Below are positions 24,256 to 37,849 of a stretch of 64,000 nucleotides of DNA, one piece after another; the first letter of the stretch is position 1; every line of letters begins with the position of its first letter. The DNA comes from Lama glama (taxonomy: Eukaryota). Made by a program: the position numbers and the translations under genes. The notes beneath the pieces are model-generated. The model was not told the origin of the DNA, did not search any database, and worked only from the letters and a program-made list of their open reading frames with translations. The stretch covers positions 10,292,001 to 10,356,000 of the forward strand of contig CM052839.1 of the NCBI GenBank assembly GCA_028534125.1, in the 5' to 3' direction.

Positions 24256-26307
24256 TGTGTTGACATGTCTATGACTTCCAGCCTCTCCAAATACGCCCTC
24301 ATCTGGGTGTCAAAGGCACCTATCACTACCTAGCAACATACCTGCTGCATTCGGGGAGGATGTCTAAAGCTTGGTTTCTTCTTCTAACAAACTAATTATG
24401 TTTCCTAACATGGAAACTTCATCATGTGAAACCAAAGATACGGAGACAGCTTTGTGTCCAGCCTTGACCAGAGTTGATTTAGGAACTAAGTATCGGAACA
24501 TGATCAGTAAAGATGTGTGGCCCACAGGCAGAGCATCATTAAATTTCAAGCACCTGCTATTAAGCCCAACAAAGATGTGTTCTGTGGAGGGTCTGTTACA
24601 TTCACAATTCCTTTGCATTGGATAATTCAAGGGATAGGAAGAAGTGTAACAAGGTGTGATGGGGTTTTATTTCTGGGATGAGTAGGGGTGAATATTAGAT
24701 TGGTCCAACGTCCGTCTCAATTTGGAGCTCTAACTAAGAATACAATGTTTGACTTCTAAATCACCATCATTCCTTTTTATTTGTCCGAACCACCGTTATC
24801 TCCATCTTAAAGATCTTCCAAGAGTCCTGGGTCACTCTAGAAGGACTGTCCACATGACAAGGTGGAGGACGACTGTGCAGACTGTCAAAATGCAGCTGGA
24901 CATCACTCCTAATCAGCAGGCAATGTTCCGCCAGCTGTCTGAAAATTACTCACAGGATGACCGAGAGATGGAGACTCTCGCAGCTCCGCGGCGTACGGGG
25001 CGTTCAGTTCTCACTTGAATGGGAAGGAAAGACCTTCAAGTGGTGACTCAGCTCCCACATGCCACTCTGGTACTGGGGAGAGATGGAGCCCACTCGGGCA
25101 TCAGATGGACAGTCCCTTATGAGTGGCTCAGCTCCTACCCATTTGGTCCCAGTGCATGGTATGTTCATCAAGTCTGGGCGTGGGAAAAGCGGTGTTGCAT
25201 ATTCTTTTAAAATTGTTGGTCTTATTCCTGAATCCTAGCTTTACAAATCCAGAAGTTGAAAATTCAGTTCCGTTGTTCTCTTTCTGCTTTGACAACCCTC
25301 CTTTTAAGATAAGGGTGCCCCAAGTCTCGTCGCCTGGGCTGGAGGGAAATGCTTCTGTTTGTCTCAGTGATCGTCTTAACATCCCCCCGCCTTGTGAGAT
25401 ACAAGTACTCCCAGTCACGGGCACAGATTTTAGCCCTGCCCCGCAGGGGACTGTCTCCTAAGCCTAGAGCGTGGAAATGTGGAGAATGTGTGCTTCTGGC
25501 GGGACAGTCTACGCTCGAAAAGGAAGAGAGAAGGGGCTGAGCTAAGCACACGGGGGTTCTTCTTCCAAACTCACCAATCAGACAGTCATGCCTTCTCCTC
25601 TCATGATGAAGACTGGAAAGATGGAGAAATTCTGTGAGTAGCCATCCCGTCAGGGAGGGGAGAACTTCCTCCTTCCCTTCTAGGTTCTTTTGTTTGTTCC
25701 AATAGGAATTCACATGACAAAGAAACTTAGGCTTGGGTGCTTAGTTAGGGAACAATCTAAGCAGAGTTTGGGCTGCAGGTAGTAAAATCGTACAGAAGTA
25801 ACAAGGTTGGTCTACACAGCCTGCCCAGTCCTGAACTCCTCATCTCTGGTGATAGGGGAGTCTCCCCACCTCCTGGGGCGGGGAGGGCACCTTTCACGTG
25901 GGAGACTTATTTCAAATAGTCTCTTTTGTACCAGCTGTGTTCTTAAGTAACTTGAACTCAAAATAATCAATATGTTACTTTGGCATATTTTGGAATAGCT
26001 TTCCCTGGGCCCCAGCGGTCCTGTGCTTTTTATCATTGTCTAATGGAGTAGAAATTCTCTCCTCTATGGAAACATGAACGGTGGAAATAGGTACCGCCCC
26101 TCCCTCGTGTTCGGCAACAGTGCAGTGACTATGTTAGAAGCACCACGGGGTCTGCAGTTCCACACGGAAGGGTGGTTAGTTTTTCCTGGGAGGTTCAAAA
26201 AGGGCAAAACGGAGGGACCCTCCCAAAGTCGACCAGATCTCCTATTTTCATCTCATAGGCTTAAGTTCCACCACCACCTTGAAACCACCCCATTCCAAGC
26301 AATGGAG

Positions 26308-26357
26308 AAAACAAAACAAAACAAAACAAAACAAAACAAAACAAAACAAAACAAAAC
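26308..26357. repeat. (AAAAC)10 microsatellite
   Basis: Read directly from the sequence; perfect repeat. Confidence 0.97.
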
Positions 26358-26679
26358 AGGGGTTTAACTGGATGGAATATCGCACCGACTTTAAAGACTT
26401 CTCTGGAGTATACTAGCGAGGAGATGTGCCAACGTGTGTCCATTTGGGATTTCAACCACCGTTCTGCCTGAGGTCCCCTAATGGGTTAACCCACCGATCA
26501 GTTAAGACATCCCTCCTGAGCACCTCGTATCTGCTGGGTGAGTGCTGTGCTATGTGCTCTTGGCTGTGCTGGATCCAGGCACAAGGTCTCTGGAAACTGA
26601 GAGCAGGATTTGAAGAATGGGAACCAGTCAGCAGGGAAGGTGGTCGCCCTCACTCTGTGATATTCGAATAAAATGACCG

Positions 26680-26880
26680 CGTTTACTGAATGCTGGAAGA
26701 CATTAAATTACACGTTGTACATGCCTTATCTCATTTGATCAGAAAGGATGAGTTAGTCTTGATTAGCAGATGATAAAGCTGAAGTTAAAGAGGTTAGTAG
26801 TTTGTTCAAGATTGAATAGCAAGCAAGTGGAGAAACCACTCAAACCCAAGTCTATTTAATTCTTAAACCCACGTTCTCGT
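26680..26880 (-). mobile_element. MIR SINE
   Basis: TTATCTCATTTGATC...GCAGATGATAAAGCTGAAG...AGAGGTTAG...CAAACCCAAGTCT. Confidence 0.6.
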
Positions 26881-27429
26881 TTCTCCTAAGGGGTACAGCT
26901 GCTTCTTCAGGAGAAGAAATTCTCCACCGGTCAGCCTTGGAGGCTGATGCGTCCCCACTAAAGACGTAATTCTTCAGGTTAAGGCAGTCTTTTCCACACT
27001 CACATAATTTTTGGCCAAATTACACTACGCTTGATATGTTTATTTAAATCAGCTCACGCATTTGGCTTAAATAAAGGAATAAATCTTTGCTACTTTAAAT
27101 GAAAACTAGCAGCACATGTAAAACAAAGGTACCGCCCATATACAAGGTAATATTATTAGATACACTGAGACATTGTTTCCTGGTGCAGGCTCTGAGGCTG
27201 GATCTGTGGCCACTTTGTTAAAAAATAAAATGCGAGTAGCAGTCATTTGAGATGCATTAAAGACATAGGCTGGCCTTCCCCTGAGATGGTCTCCTGGTGT
27301 CCTGAGAAGGCTGGAGGGGAGCTAGAGGGTTGTAACTTTTCACAAGGTGACTCGAAGTGGTGCGATGCTTCGTGTGTTTACCGCCTTAATTCATCTCCAG
27401 GAGGCCAATGGTAATACAGGTTATGGAAA

Positions 27430-27636
27430 TGCCGAGTATTTCTGTAAAAGTCAAAAACAGGCAAAACCAGCACGTGGTGTGAAAGGTCAGGAAAGCAAGA
27501 CCTTGGGGGACTTCTGGGGTGCTGGGGGCACTCTGTTTCTCGATTCGGGTGCCGGTTACGTTGCTGGGTGCCGTTTGTGAAAATGAATTGAGTTGTATAG
27601 CTGTGGGCTTTCCTGAACGTATATTACACTTTAATT
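27430..27636 (+). mobile_element. L1ME-like 3' end
   Basis: AAAAGTCAAAAACAGGCAAAACC...GACTTCTGGGGTGCTGG...GTTTGTGAAAATGAATTGAG...TATATTACACTTTAAT. Confidence 0.75.
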
Positions 27637-28034
27637 GCAAGTTCACACGGACACCTTCCTGCACAGACACAGGGACTCATACACTTGTTTCATTCCTCCT
27701 GCCTCTCGCAAAATTAAATGGCTCTGGATGGCAGCCCTGAACAATCACTCTAACTTCCTTGCTGAAATGCCTATGAAGTTAGCAAAGAAGCATTCCAAGC
27801 TTGGCAGGCAAACCTGCCAGCATGGGAGGAAATCTTCCCTGTGTCCCAAGGCGGCTCGTAAAGGATTGAAGGTAATCTTGGCAGACCACCTGTGTGATGC
27901 CAGGGGTCAGTCTGTCTACTTGAAACTAGGTAGGAACACATTTCTGCCTTCTTCAATAACTTCACTCTGGGTTAGAAACTCAAAGTCTGCATCTAAGGGA
28001 ACACTGACTTCTGGTTCTTGCCTCAGTGTGGGGA

Positions 28035-28056
28035 TGTGTGTGTGTGTGTGTGTGTG
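28035..28056. repeat. (TG)n microsatellite
   Basis: Read directly from the sequence. Confidence 0.95.
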
Positions 28057-28599
28057 TCTGTGCCTGTGTATGTAGGGGGTGAGGGTCTGTCCTTTCCTCT
28101 CCTTGCTAATCTTATCACAGTACAAAGGGGGCTTGAAAGTATTTCCTTATTCAGCCTGGTTCCTAAACTAGGAATTCAGTTCATTCTGTGTTCAGGTGGA
28201 TTCTGAATCCCACTGGGGAGAACTTGGTTCTGTAGTGCTTCCTTCAGAAAGGATGTTCATGCTTGGAAATGTATTTTTCCCAGAAAGTATGTTTTCTTGT
28301 GCCATACTGTCCACCTCACAGTTCTTGCTAAGTTTGTTGATCATTTAAAACGGTATCTGGCATAGTTTTGTTATGTCATTTGTTAGTTAAATTATGTACA
28401 CAATTTGCACAGCACACCAGAACTGCTAAATCAAAAATCTCCATTTTTCGCTACCAAAAAAACTATCCGTAAAGCAATATGCTGATATTTTCATTGTCCA
28501 GGAACTTGAGTGGAAATTTTATGTTTATTTAAAACTTCAATGGAGGTCGATAGCTATAATGTATAAAGTGTTTCTCCATGTAAGTAAGACAACAGGAAA

Positions 28600-29460
28600 T
28601 AGTCCAGAAGAAAGTGGGAAAAAGTAAGAATGGCAATTTACAGAATAAGTGAAAATGGCTATAAAGGTAAGATACACTGTGCCACCCGTCATGAAATGAA
28701 TAGAAATTAAAATAATCCTGCGATTCATCAGTGATCATATTTTCAAATATTAAAAATATTTTAAGGATCCTATTTTGTGCCAACAGGTAATACCATACAT
28801 CGGCGGTGGAGGTGGGACTGGAACACTCCCTTTGAAGTCAATACATTTTCAGACTGAAAATGTACATTTTTATCAACATTTTAAAATTGTGAGCCTTTTG
28901 ACACTATGGTTCCTACAAAGATACTTACGCAAGTGTGAGAAGACACAGGTAAAAGGATATTCCTTGCAAGTTTGTTTGTAATAAAAATATAGGAATAAAC
29001 CTAAATATAAATCAGGGGGAACTTCTGTAAAATAAATAATAGTGTTGCCACATCTTGGTGCTAAATACAAAAAGAGGATGGGAAAAGTGAATATACACTG
29101 TTATCCAAGTTTGTGAAAAATTAATAAAGAAATAGGCATGCATGTACATATACATATATGTCTATGCTTAGGAAAAATTCTGGAAGATAGACAGAAAACT
29201 TACCAGTACCCATTTTGGGAAGGGTGTAAGGCAAGGGACTTCACTCTACTTTTTATATTTTTGTGCTGTCTGAATTGCTACAATTGGTTTATAAGCCTGC
29301 TATAATCAGGAAAGACGGTTTTATTGTAGGATATACGCCCAATGCTAACAATATTGTGTCTAAGTGGTGGACATTCGGATGGTTTTAAAAATTTTCTTCA
29401 TTATATTTTTGTACTTTGGAAAATTGTCTACAGTGAGCATCTACTTTTCACATCAGAAAA
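28600..29460 (+). mobile_element. Very old L1ME-like 3' fragments
   Basis: A-rich L1 3' motifs (AAGGATATTCCTTGCAAGTTTGTTTGTAATA; GGAAAAATTCTGGAAGATAGAC). Confidence 0.55.
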
Positions 29461-30454
29461 ATAGATGGAATTTCGAATAAGAGTTCCCTACAATTTAAAC
29501 TATAGCATATGATCAAAATCATGTTGAACATATGGACAGTGTGAAGCTTCAAAGGACATACACCTGGAAGTTAATGGTAATTAAACGGGCAGGGGGATTA
29601 CAGCAGATTTTTCCTTCCTTCTGCTTGTTTGCAAAATTGACAGCCAAGCGATGTGAAGATCAGTGGTGGGAAAGACAGAGAGTTTATCGTTATTGTAAGT
29701 GATGTGCTCGTTAGGACCTGAGCTCCCCGCCCCCTGATTTCCTGCCTGCTCGTTGTTCCCACACAGCATGTGAATCACAGTGATGTGACACTAGGTGAAT
29801 GCCCGGAAGTGGGTCCGATGGCACCACGGAGACACAAGCTAGCAGAACAGAAAGGGGTCTTCAGGGTTCACTCCGTCCCGCCCCCTACCTTAAGGCAGGT
29901 AGGTTTCCGACCCACTCCACACAGAGCTGTCAGCGCTTTTCCTAAAGATAGCCAAAGAGACCCCCAGCCTGGACACTGACACGCCCACAAACAAGAAGTG
30001 GTTCAACCCTGCAACGGGGCGAGTAACCCACTATGCTGTGTTTTTCTTCCCTTTTACAAACAAAACTGATCCACAGTTGTGGGTCAGTACTTTCCAGAAC
30101 AAAATTCAAAATGTCTAAGTTTCCTTTGGCAGGAAACACCTAAAGAGAGGAGGGGTAGTTGACCAAGGGTCCCAGCCCCGAGGCCCCTCATTTTTCAAGT
30201 ATCTGTTGCTCTAATTCTGGCAGCCACCTCCACTCCCATGCTGGTCCCTATTTTTATCCCTTCCACAAGATAGAATTTTCAAAAATTCTTTCAAAATACT
30301 AATATAGCCAAATAAGCTATGAAAAAGACAAAGGCCAGAAGGTACACCAAAATGTGAGCAGTGGTTCCGCCTAAGAAGATGAACGACATGCAATTATTTT
30401 TGGCATATACAAGGCATATACATTGTTACTGCGCAGTGACGCTTTTGCTCCGTG

Positions 30455-30820
30455 TACACACAGGTCTCTCTTCATCTCGGAAAGAGTTTCTTCTACTCTA
30501 TCTTTGATTATTGCTTCCAGTTTAATTGTACTGTTTTCTGATTCAAGGACAGTAGTTACCTGTATGCTGATTTTATATTCTCTGTTCTGTTTATCTATTA
30601 TCTTGCTAATTGGAATTTTCTCCCCATTTCCTCTATATTCCTGGAGAACTTCTCCATTGATCTATGTCACTTACATGATTTTTTCCCTACAGAATCAGTT
30701 TAATTTTTTTCTTCAATTGCTGTTAAAGTATTGGTTTTGTTGCTGTATTTCACCATCTCCTTTTTCATTTTACCCTGCTGTCTTTTCATGTAGTCCATTC
30801 TCTCCTTAAGGACGTTTTTA
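30455..30820 (-). mobile_element. HAL1 / L1 ORF1-like relic
   Basis: T-rich antisense sequence (TCTTCATCTCGGAAAGAGTTTCTTCTA...) typical of old L1/HAL1. Confidence 0.5.
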
Positions 30821-33800
30821 ATATGTGTCCAACAGTCTGTATGATGCTTGCAGTAAATACACCTTCGTGGGCTGTGTACGTGAAGGAGAATTCAGACCAA
30901 GAGAGCAGAGGCAGTTTCTGGGCAGGGCTGGGGACAGAGGTCATGTCATACCTGGGGAGGATCTTTCTCCTTCACTATGCCTGACACATAGTAGGAGGCC
31001 AACAAATATTAGTCCATCTTTCCACCCTTCCCCTCCTTCCTAAGTTGCATTGCTTCTGAACTTTACTAAATGCCAGACTCTAATTTATCTAGGTCTCAAA
31101 TTCATCAGCTATAAAATAAAAGAAGAGGGCATGAGGTGATTTCTGGGATCCCCTTTAATTGAGGCGTTTTAGGATTCGATCACTGTGCACCATGCAGAGA
31201 AGGAACAGCAGATGCTGGGATCTCTGAGACCTTGGTCTGCAGGGGTGAGTTCCGGGGTGCTTCCCAGCACCCACAACCTCTGCAAAGACAGGAAAAATAA
31301 ATGACCAATAAGGGGCCCACATTGCAGCGTGCCTGCCTACAAACAATGTGCACGCGGTTGGAGGCACCCAGCTGGAAACCAGCGTTTCATCAGCAGCTTC
31401 ATTTGCAGCAGAAAAGTTGCTATTTGCGGTAAAGTCAGTAACTTGATGGCTGGGATTCAGTGGCTCCTGGCCGGAGCCATCACCAAACAACCAATTTTCG
31501 CTTTGTGAGTCAGAATGACCCCTCCAGTGCTCCGTGCCTGAGGGAAGGAAGGTGTGGGTCTTTGTTGGGACACATTTCGGCATGGAGCCCATAGGGGCTT
31601 CCGGTGGCGGTGTCTGGCCTGTGGTTCTTGCCACTTAACAAGCTCTTCACACCACAAACACACAGCTTATCTTGTTCTGGGAGTCCTCAGGAGCCTACCC
31701 ATCTTTCCTAGACTCAGAAGGAGGGAGGAAGGCAGGCGGTGAGAAAAAAGGAAAACAGGAAGATGCAGCTGCTTGGAGCAACAAAGAGAACATCAGATGC
31801 CTCCGGCGTGCTGGGTATTCTGCTCGGATCTGTCCCAAGCCAGCCGCGTGGCCATAGCTGTCACCTCCTCTCTGAATGCTGGGTAATCAGGTGTAAAGGG
31901 TCAAGGTTAGACAAGTCAGTCTTGGTTTGACTGCCCTTCGTCTCTATGCTCTATGACTCAGTTATTGTAAACGGGGATGGGTGGAGAAAAAGAGGAAATG
32001 GGAGAAGAGAAGGAGGAGGGAGAAAGCAGGTGGGTGAGGAAAGGAAGAGAGGGAAAATGAGGAAGGCTGGCACAATAAAGAGGAAGACAACACAGGTTTG
32101 CTGGCAGAATTCCTCGCGGAGCAGTAAGGAATCTCGGCAGGAATGATGATGACAATCATTATCATAGAAAACCCAAGTCTTAATTAACTTCCTAAAGGGC
32201 AGCATCCCGCAGGTGACTCAGGGATGCTCTCCCTCCCGACGCCCCCATCTCCAGAACCCATGAGCATCCTTCCCTCCTGAGGTCATAGTTCTGGGAGCCA
32301 AAGGGGAGGGCAAGGGAAGCACTGGGGCTGTGAGTCTGGCCGACTGGCCTTGAGTCACCCCTGGCAGTCCCCTGGACACCGGGCTGAGGTGGCCCTGTAG
32401 AGATCGGGTCCTGACACCCATGTGCTCTGAGCATGCACCACCAGCATCAGGATGCTAGCCACTCTGTGCCACTGAGGGATTGCCAGCTACTTCCCAGAGA
32501 CAGGTGGGCCGTATGCCAAAGGCTTCTTGTCCACAGAGGAGCCACTTGTAACCTTCCTGGCTACCTGGTTCTGTTCTCAGTCTACCTGGCTTTGCTTTCA
32601 TGCTCCTTATAGCCATGCTCAGATCAGCAACTGCCTCTCCTGGCCCCCAGGATGTGTGCTGGTCTCTGATCCTGTATCCCCTTGCCTTGGAACTGACCTG
32701 GCTCCTTCCCCACCTCAGCTTTATCTTCAGAGCTCCTCGGATCTGCCTCCCAGTCTCCTAACGGCCAGTTTCCAGGAATTGTTCATACACGGCCCAGAGC
32801 ACCCTGCTCTTACCAAACTGTGAGGAATCCACTCTAAATCTTAAGGACTTCACGGCTATATTCAGATTATGTTTACAAGATTAAGAATGGTTGTGTGTCG
32901 GGGTGGGGAATAAGTAATCAATTCAAGGACAATTTCTGGAAAGAAATCAGGTTCAAGTTTTTTCAGGGAATTAACAGCATTAAAAAATTTTTAAGTGATG
33001 TGAGCCATTGTGATTTCTCACAAAAGCCTGTGAGGGATTTAGGATTGGTTTCTAACCTGTCGCCAGAAAACACCAAATGCAGAGTAAGATCATCCTAGGA
33101 ACTGAAGTTGATGAGGTTATATTGGTTTGTGGGGTCTTGACTTGTCTGAAGGACCGGGGTGTGTGTGAATCAGAGAATGTGAGCAAAAAAAAAAAAAAAA
33201 AACCCAAAAAAACTAGTATTAACCCAAAAGGTCAGGTGAGCACTAGGGTAGCTGCTCTAAAAAAATGTCAAGCTGAGGGGTTTTTAAAGCAGCCACAGTG
33301 ATTACAGGGAGCACAAGTGCACCTTGAGAAACTCTCCGATATTGGAAAGGGATTTACAGCAAATTGACAATTTAGGCCTGGGAGGATGTCGTTAGGCAGA
33401 AACTGAGAACAGCTGTATTATTAAGAGTATCAGATTTGGTTTCAGTTTTTTCATTTCTGCAATATTTCTCCAATACTATTTTGAAATTTGTGTGTCAATA
33501 TAGTCATGTTTAATCTCAATATTTATTGTTATATCAAAAGCTCATTTTTATAGATTTAGGAGCCCTGGCATTTTGGCTTCTTGTAACTCTCCATCTTCCA
33601 TTCAGTGACCTGGCTTGTGCAGTTAAATGCAGCTGCCAAGAGGTTAACCAGGCCTGAAGGAGGGTTGTTGGACAGGGGGCTGTGGACCTCAGCATCAGAA
33701 ATATCTGAAATGCTTGTTCAAAATATACATCCTCAGGACCCCTCAAAGGTCTTCCAATCTTGGACTGAGACCCAGAAATCAGAACGTCTTGGTGCAAAAC

Positions 33801-33826
33801 CCAAAAATCAGATGTTGAATAGGAAT

Positions 33827-34045
33827 CTGTGGCAAACTCTGTTTTCCAAAGATACCAACCGCAAACTCTCTCTCATCCCGTATCCTCCTCTGCAGTATGA
33901 TCTTACCTCCGTCCCTTCAAGAGGTGGGGTCCAGGTCCCCCTCCCTCCTTCAATTGGATGGGCTTACGGCTGCTGTGACCAAGAGAGTAGAGAGAAGTAG
34001 ACATTGTGTGACTTCCAGGGCTGGGGCAGAAAAGGTGGTGCAGTT
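33827..34045 (+). mobile_element. MLT1H-like LTR 5' part
   Basis: TGTGGCAAACTCTGTTTTCCAAAGAT...TCAAGAGGTGGGGTC...TGTGTGACTTCCAGGGCTGG. Confidence 0.7.
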
Positions 34046-34211
34046 TCCCCTTTTTATAAGGACACCACCCACATTGCATTAGAGACCCACATGCTAATTT
34101 AATTAACTGCATCTGCAATGACCCTGCTTCCCAGCATGGTACATTCCAAGGCACTAGGGGTTGGGACTTCAACGTATGAATTTGAGGAGGACACAATCCA
34201 GACCTTCAACA
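34046..34211 (-). mobile_element. MLT1A/B/C-like LTR fragment
   Basis: TTATAAGGACACC...CATCTGCAATGACCCTG...GGACTTCAACGTATGAATTTGAGGAGGACACAATCCA. Confidence 0.8.
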
Positions 34212-35229
34212 GGACCTGAAGGATGGGGATCCCGTTATACAGAAATCTGGAGCTGAGCGTGCCAGGCAGAGGGCAAAGCAGGAGCAGAACCAAGTCCGAC
34301 GTTCAGGAGCCAGACGGGCAGTCCATGCCGTGCAGGGAGGAAGGCGGGCTCAGACTCAGCTCCACCATCTCTGCGAACGTTCCTTTAAACATCGCATCAG
34401 CAGTACCCTCACCAGGAGTCTGAGCTGCCCAGTGATCAGATGCCACATCCTCTTGCCAATTCTACTTTGGACACATCGCTCAGAACCCAGTCCTCCTCTC
34501 CATCCCCACCAACATGGCTTTGGTTGAGCATTTATTTCTCTCCACTACAATTTCAGTTGCTGGTTCTTGATCTTCCCGCTTTTAGACTGTCTACCATCCC
34601 ATCCATCCTTTGAAATGCCAACAGAATCATTTTCTAAAACAGAAATCCAATCTCTCATTCTTTAAAAAAAAAAAAATCCTCCATTGCCTCTCCATCATTT
34701 GCAAGATAAAGAACAAAATCACCAGCATGGGGCAGAAGGTCATACAAACCCAGCTTAGCTCCGGCTGAGTTTCCAGCCTTTCTGCAAATTGGACTCACCT
34801 TCCATTATCCAGACTTGCTGCGTCCTTTCAGGACTATTTTTGTTCATGCTTTCCCAGTCTTCCCACTTTTCTCTTGATGAACACCTTACCTTTTCGGAGC
34901 CAGTTCGGTCCTCATCTCTGCTAAAAAAAACTCCCTACTTTCCTCCGTTCTTTCTTGAAAGCCTCCCCACCCTCCTTGGCCTGACGTGGAATGAATCGCT
35001 TCTTTGTCTTTGTTCCCCTTCGCACTTCGCTTAGCCTGTATCATCGTGGCTTGAATGTACTCGTGTGGACACCGGTCACTCGCCTCCCTGGCTAAGACCA
35101 TGAATTCTCTGAGCTCAGTGCCAGTGCCCAGGACAGCTGGTATTCCGTAAGCGTTTGCCAGACCGAATTTGGCGGAATGCTGGTAATGAACTGAGTGCTG
35201 GCCTTCAGGTTAAGCTCAGCAGTCACCAC

Positions 35230-35540
35230 CGTTGACCCGAAACGAACAGACTGCTGGGTATCTCCCCAGCCAAGGTGGGTTTATTCGGAATCAGCAGAAA
35301 GTCACAATTCCGGGGTCTGCAACCCTGGCAAGCCATGTGTAAGTCCCTGGACAGCAAGGGGAGGAGAATGCTTTTACAGAGGGGAAAAGGGAGTGGCGAG
35401 GGTGCTAATACGCAGAGTCCTTGCCAGGGAGAGTCTGTCTTGTTCCCGTTGGGCTCTGCTATCTTCCCGGGGCTTGAGAGCTCCCCCTTCCGGCCCCCCA
35501 GCTCTGTGTAATTGCAGTTTGTGATCATTCGTTTTTCACA
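35230..35540 (-). mobile_element. ERV1-class solo LTR (311 bp)
   Basis: CG (probably mutated TG)...CA termini, 4-bp TSD CCAC (35226-35229 and 35541-35544), AATAAA on the minus strand at 35280-35285. Confidence 0.8.
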
Positions 35541-37531
35541 CCACCCTTTTGGTCATTGACATCAGTGGCCTGGGATCAGAGCTAGTATTACCAACCGTGT
35601 CAACACCTGCGTCACCATCACTGGAACAGAGCAGGTTTGACATCTAGGCATGAATTCAAGTCCCAACACTGACACAGACTTTAGGTACCGTCTAAATCTC
35701 TTGGACCTCAGGTTTTTTATCTGTAAAGTGAGCCATTTGGACCAAATCAACTGCAAACCTTTTGCTTGCTAAAGAGCCCCATCTTTCCTGCTGGAGTCAG
35801 ACTTTATATAATAATTACATCGCCATCAATATGAACATCGCGCGCGCTCTTCTTTTGCGCAGTTTCAAGAACACAGGTTTTGGCCAACAGCTCTTTTGAA
35901 ATGACATTACCTTTGGCATTTTTTAGAATTGTGTGTTAGGAGAAAGGAATGGTTAAGGGTGTAGCTTTGCACATTTTTTTGTTTTTCGTTTTTACTTATA
36001 AGCTCCTGGGTCGTGGTAAATTAAAGCAGCTTTTCTGTGAATTTACTACACAGGAAGTGTGCCGAACTTCTCCTGTGGCCTCCTGGACCCTCTCCCATTA
36101 ATTTCCTCTAGTTCTCATTAGCATGTTTCTACTGCGGACTCAGAAGCAGAGAGAAATCCTTGTGCAGCTCATTTAACACCTGCAGGTTTTGAGAGCTGGT
36201 AGAGAAACTACATCACTAAAATACTCACTTGCTTTCTCAGAGATTTTAAATTTGAACCCTTTAAAGGTTAGACTTTTGTTACAATTTCTATTTATTTTTT
36301 TTTACATCGAGTCGTATGTTAATTAATGCTCTTGTCTTTTCACATGTAAAGAGAGGCGAAAACAAAATCTGAATGAAACCATTTTCAGTATATGAATGGC
36401 CGCAGTCAAGACAGTCTTCCGACATTTCAGAGGCGGGTGTGGCTTCTCCCTTCCACGGCACCACAGCCGGCCTTAGAAATCCCTGGCAGAACCAGTGGGT
36501 AGCCACGAGGTGGGACTGGCAGGCGGGGTCGGCCTGGGAGCTGGGTGACGTTCTGTGGTTTGGAGATTCATTGGGCAAAGAGGGAAGCGCTCTGGTGGAC
36601 TCTGGAAGGGCGTGAGAGTGAGGTTAGCAAAAAGGGATGGACAGGAGACTAGTTAGAGGCTTGGAGGCATGTGTGTGGGGCGTGGTTGCTCCTCCTTCTC
36701 CGTGGGAGGTGGGGAAGAGGGCTCCAAGAGCATCACCTGGGGGGAAGGCCAGTCCCAGCAGGGAGGAGGGGCAAGCGTCCACTCGGAGCAGGGCACCTCG
36801 AGAAGATCCCTGGGAGGCTGTGACCATGTCCCTGGGAGTGATAAGCGCTCGATGACAGACACCCCCTTCTCCCGAGGTTTCTAGCGGCAGGAAGCTTGCA
36901 GGAGAAGCCCTCAGCAGAGGGGCAGTGGGGCCTGCAGTTCAGAGTGCCTGACAGAGGGTGGAGGGGCTGCATCCCCCAGAACCCCGGGGCCCTTCAGGAG
37001 CAAGAAGACGCACTTAGTCGCCCCAGGGCCTCGCACAGAGGGCTGCCAAGGTTAGAAGAGGAGGCAAGTGCTGAGCACGTGCCCCGGGCTCAGCCAGGCA
37101 AGCTCGGTGATACCCAACAGGAGCAAGGTTGAGGGTGCGGCCCACTGGCAGGTGCAAAAGGAAACAAGGAAGAGGGTAGTGATAAAGGAGGCCGTAATGA
37201 AGCTGCACTTTACCCCAGGACAGCCTTGCCTGCATCTACAGTGATGCAGGTGACCGAAAAAATGAAAACGAAAACAAAACCCAGATAGAACAAGGTGGAC
37301 CTAGTGAGACCAGGATGCTTTACAGTTGGGTACAGTCATCTCCAATGGGCCCCTCATTCCTCGCTGGCCTCCTAGAGGAAGGAAGCGTGGAAATGTGGTG
37401 GGAGGAGAGAACCCAGAGGGAGACCGTGGCCCCGTCCTGCACTGCAAGGGCGGAGTGAAAGAATAGCCCCCTTCCTACTACACCACGATGAGGAACCAAA
37501 GCTGATTATGAATTTAAACCAGGATATTTGA

Positions 37532-37663
37532 GGGGCGGGTACAGCTCAGTGGTAGAGCACATGCTTAGCATGCAAGAGGTCCCGGGTTCAGTCCCCAGTA
37601 CCTCCATTAAAATAAATATACAAATAAATAAACAAACCTAATTACCCTTCCCCCCTAAAAAAA
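37532..37663 (+). mobile_element. tRNA-derived camelid (Vic-type) SINE
   Basis: GGGGCGGGTACAGCTCAGTGGTAGAGCAC...GGTTCAGTCCCCAGTACCTCC, then AT-rich, C-rich and A tail; no clear TSD. Confidence 0.9.
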
Positions 37664-37849
37664 GGAGCTTTAGGACTCTGGGTTGAGCAGTCCCTCCTCC
37701 TCCCCCATATTCTGGGCCTTAAGGAACAGAGGTCCTTCCTCCCCAGGGTCTCAGAGCAGCAGCATCTCTCGACTCCACCTCCACCACACCTTTGGGTTAA
37801 TATCCATTGTATGTTTTCTTCCTCTAAAAGGAGCCTCCTTTGTCTCCCC

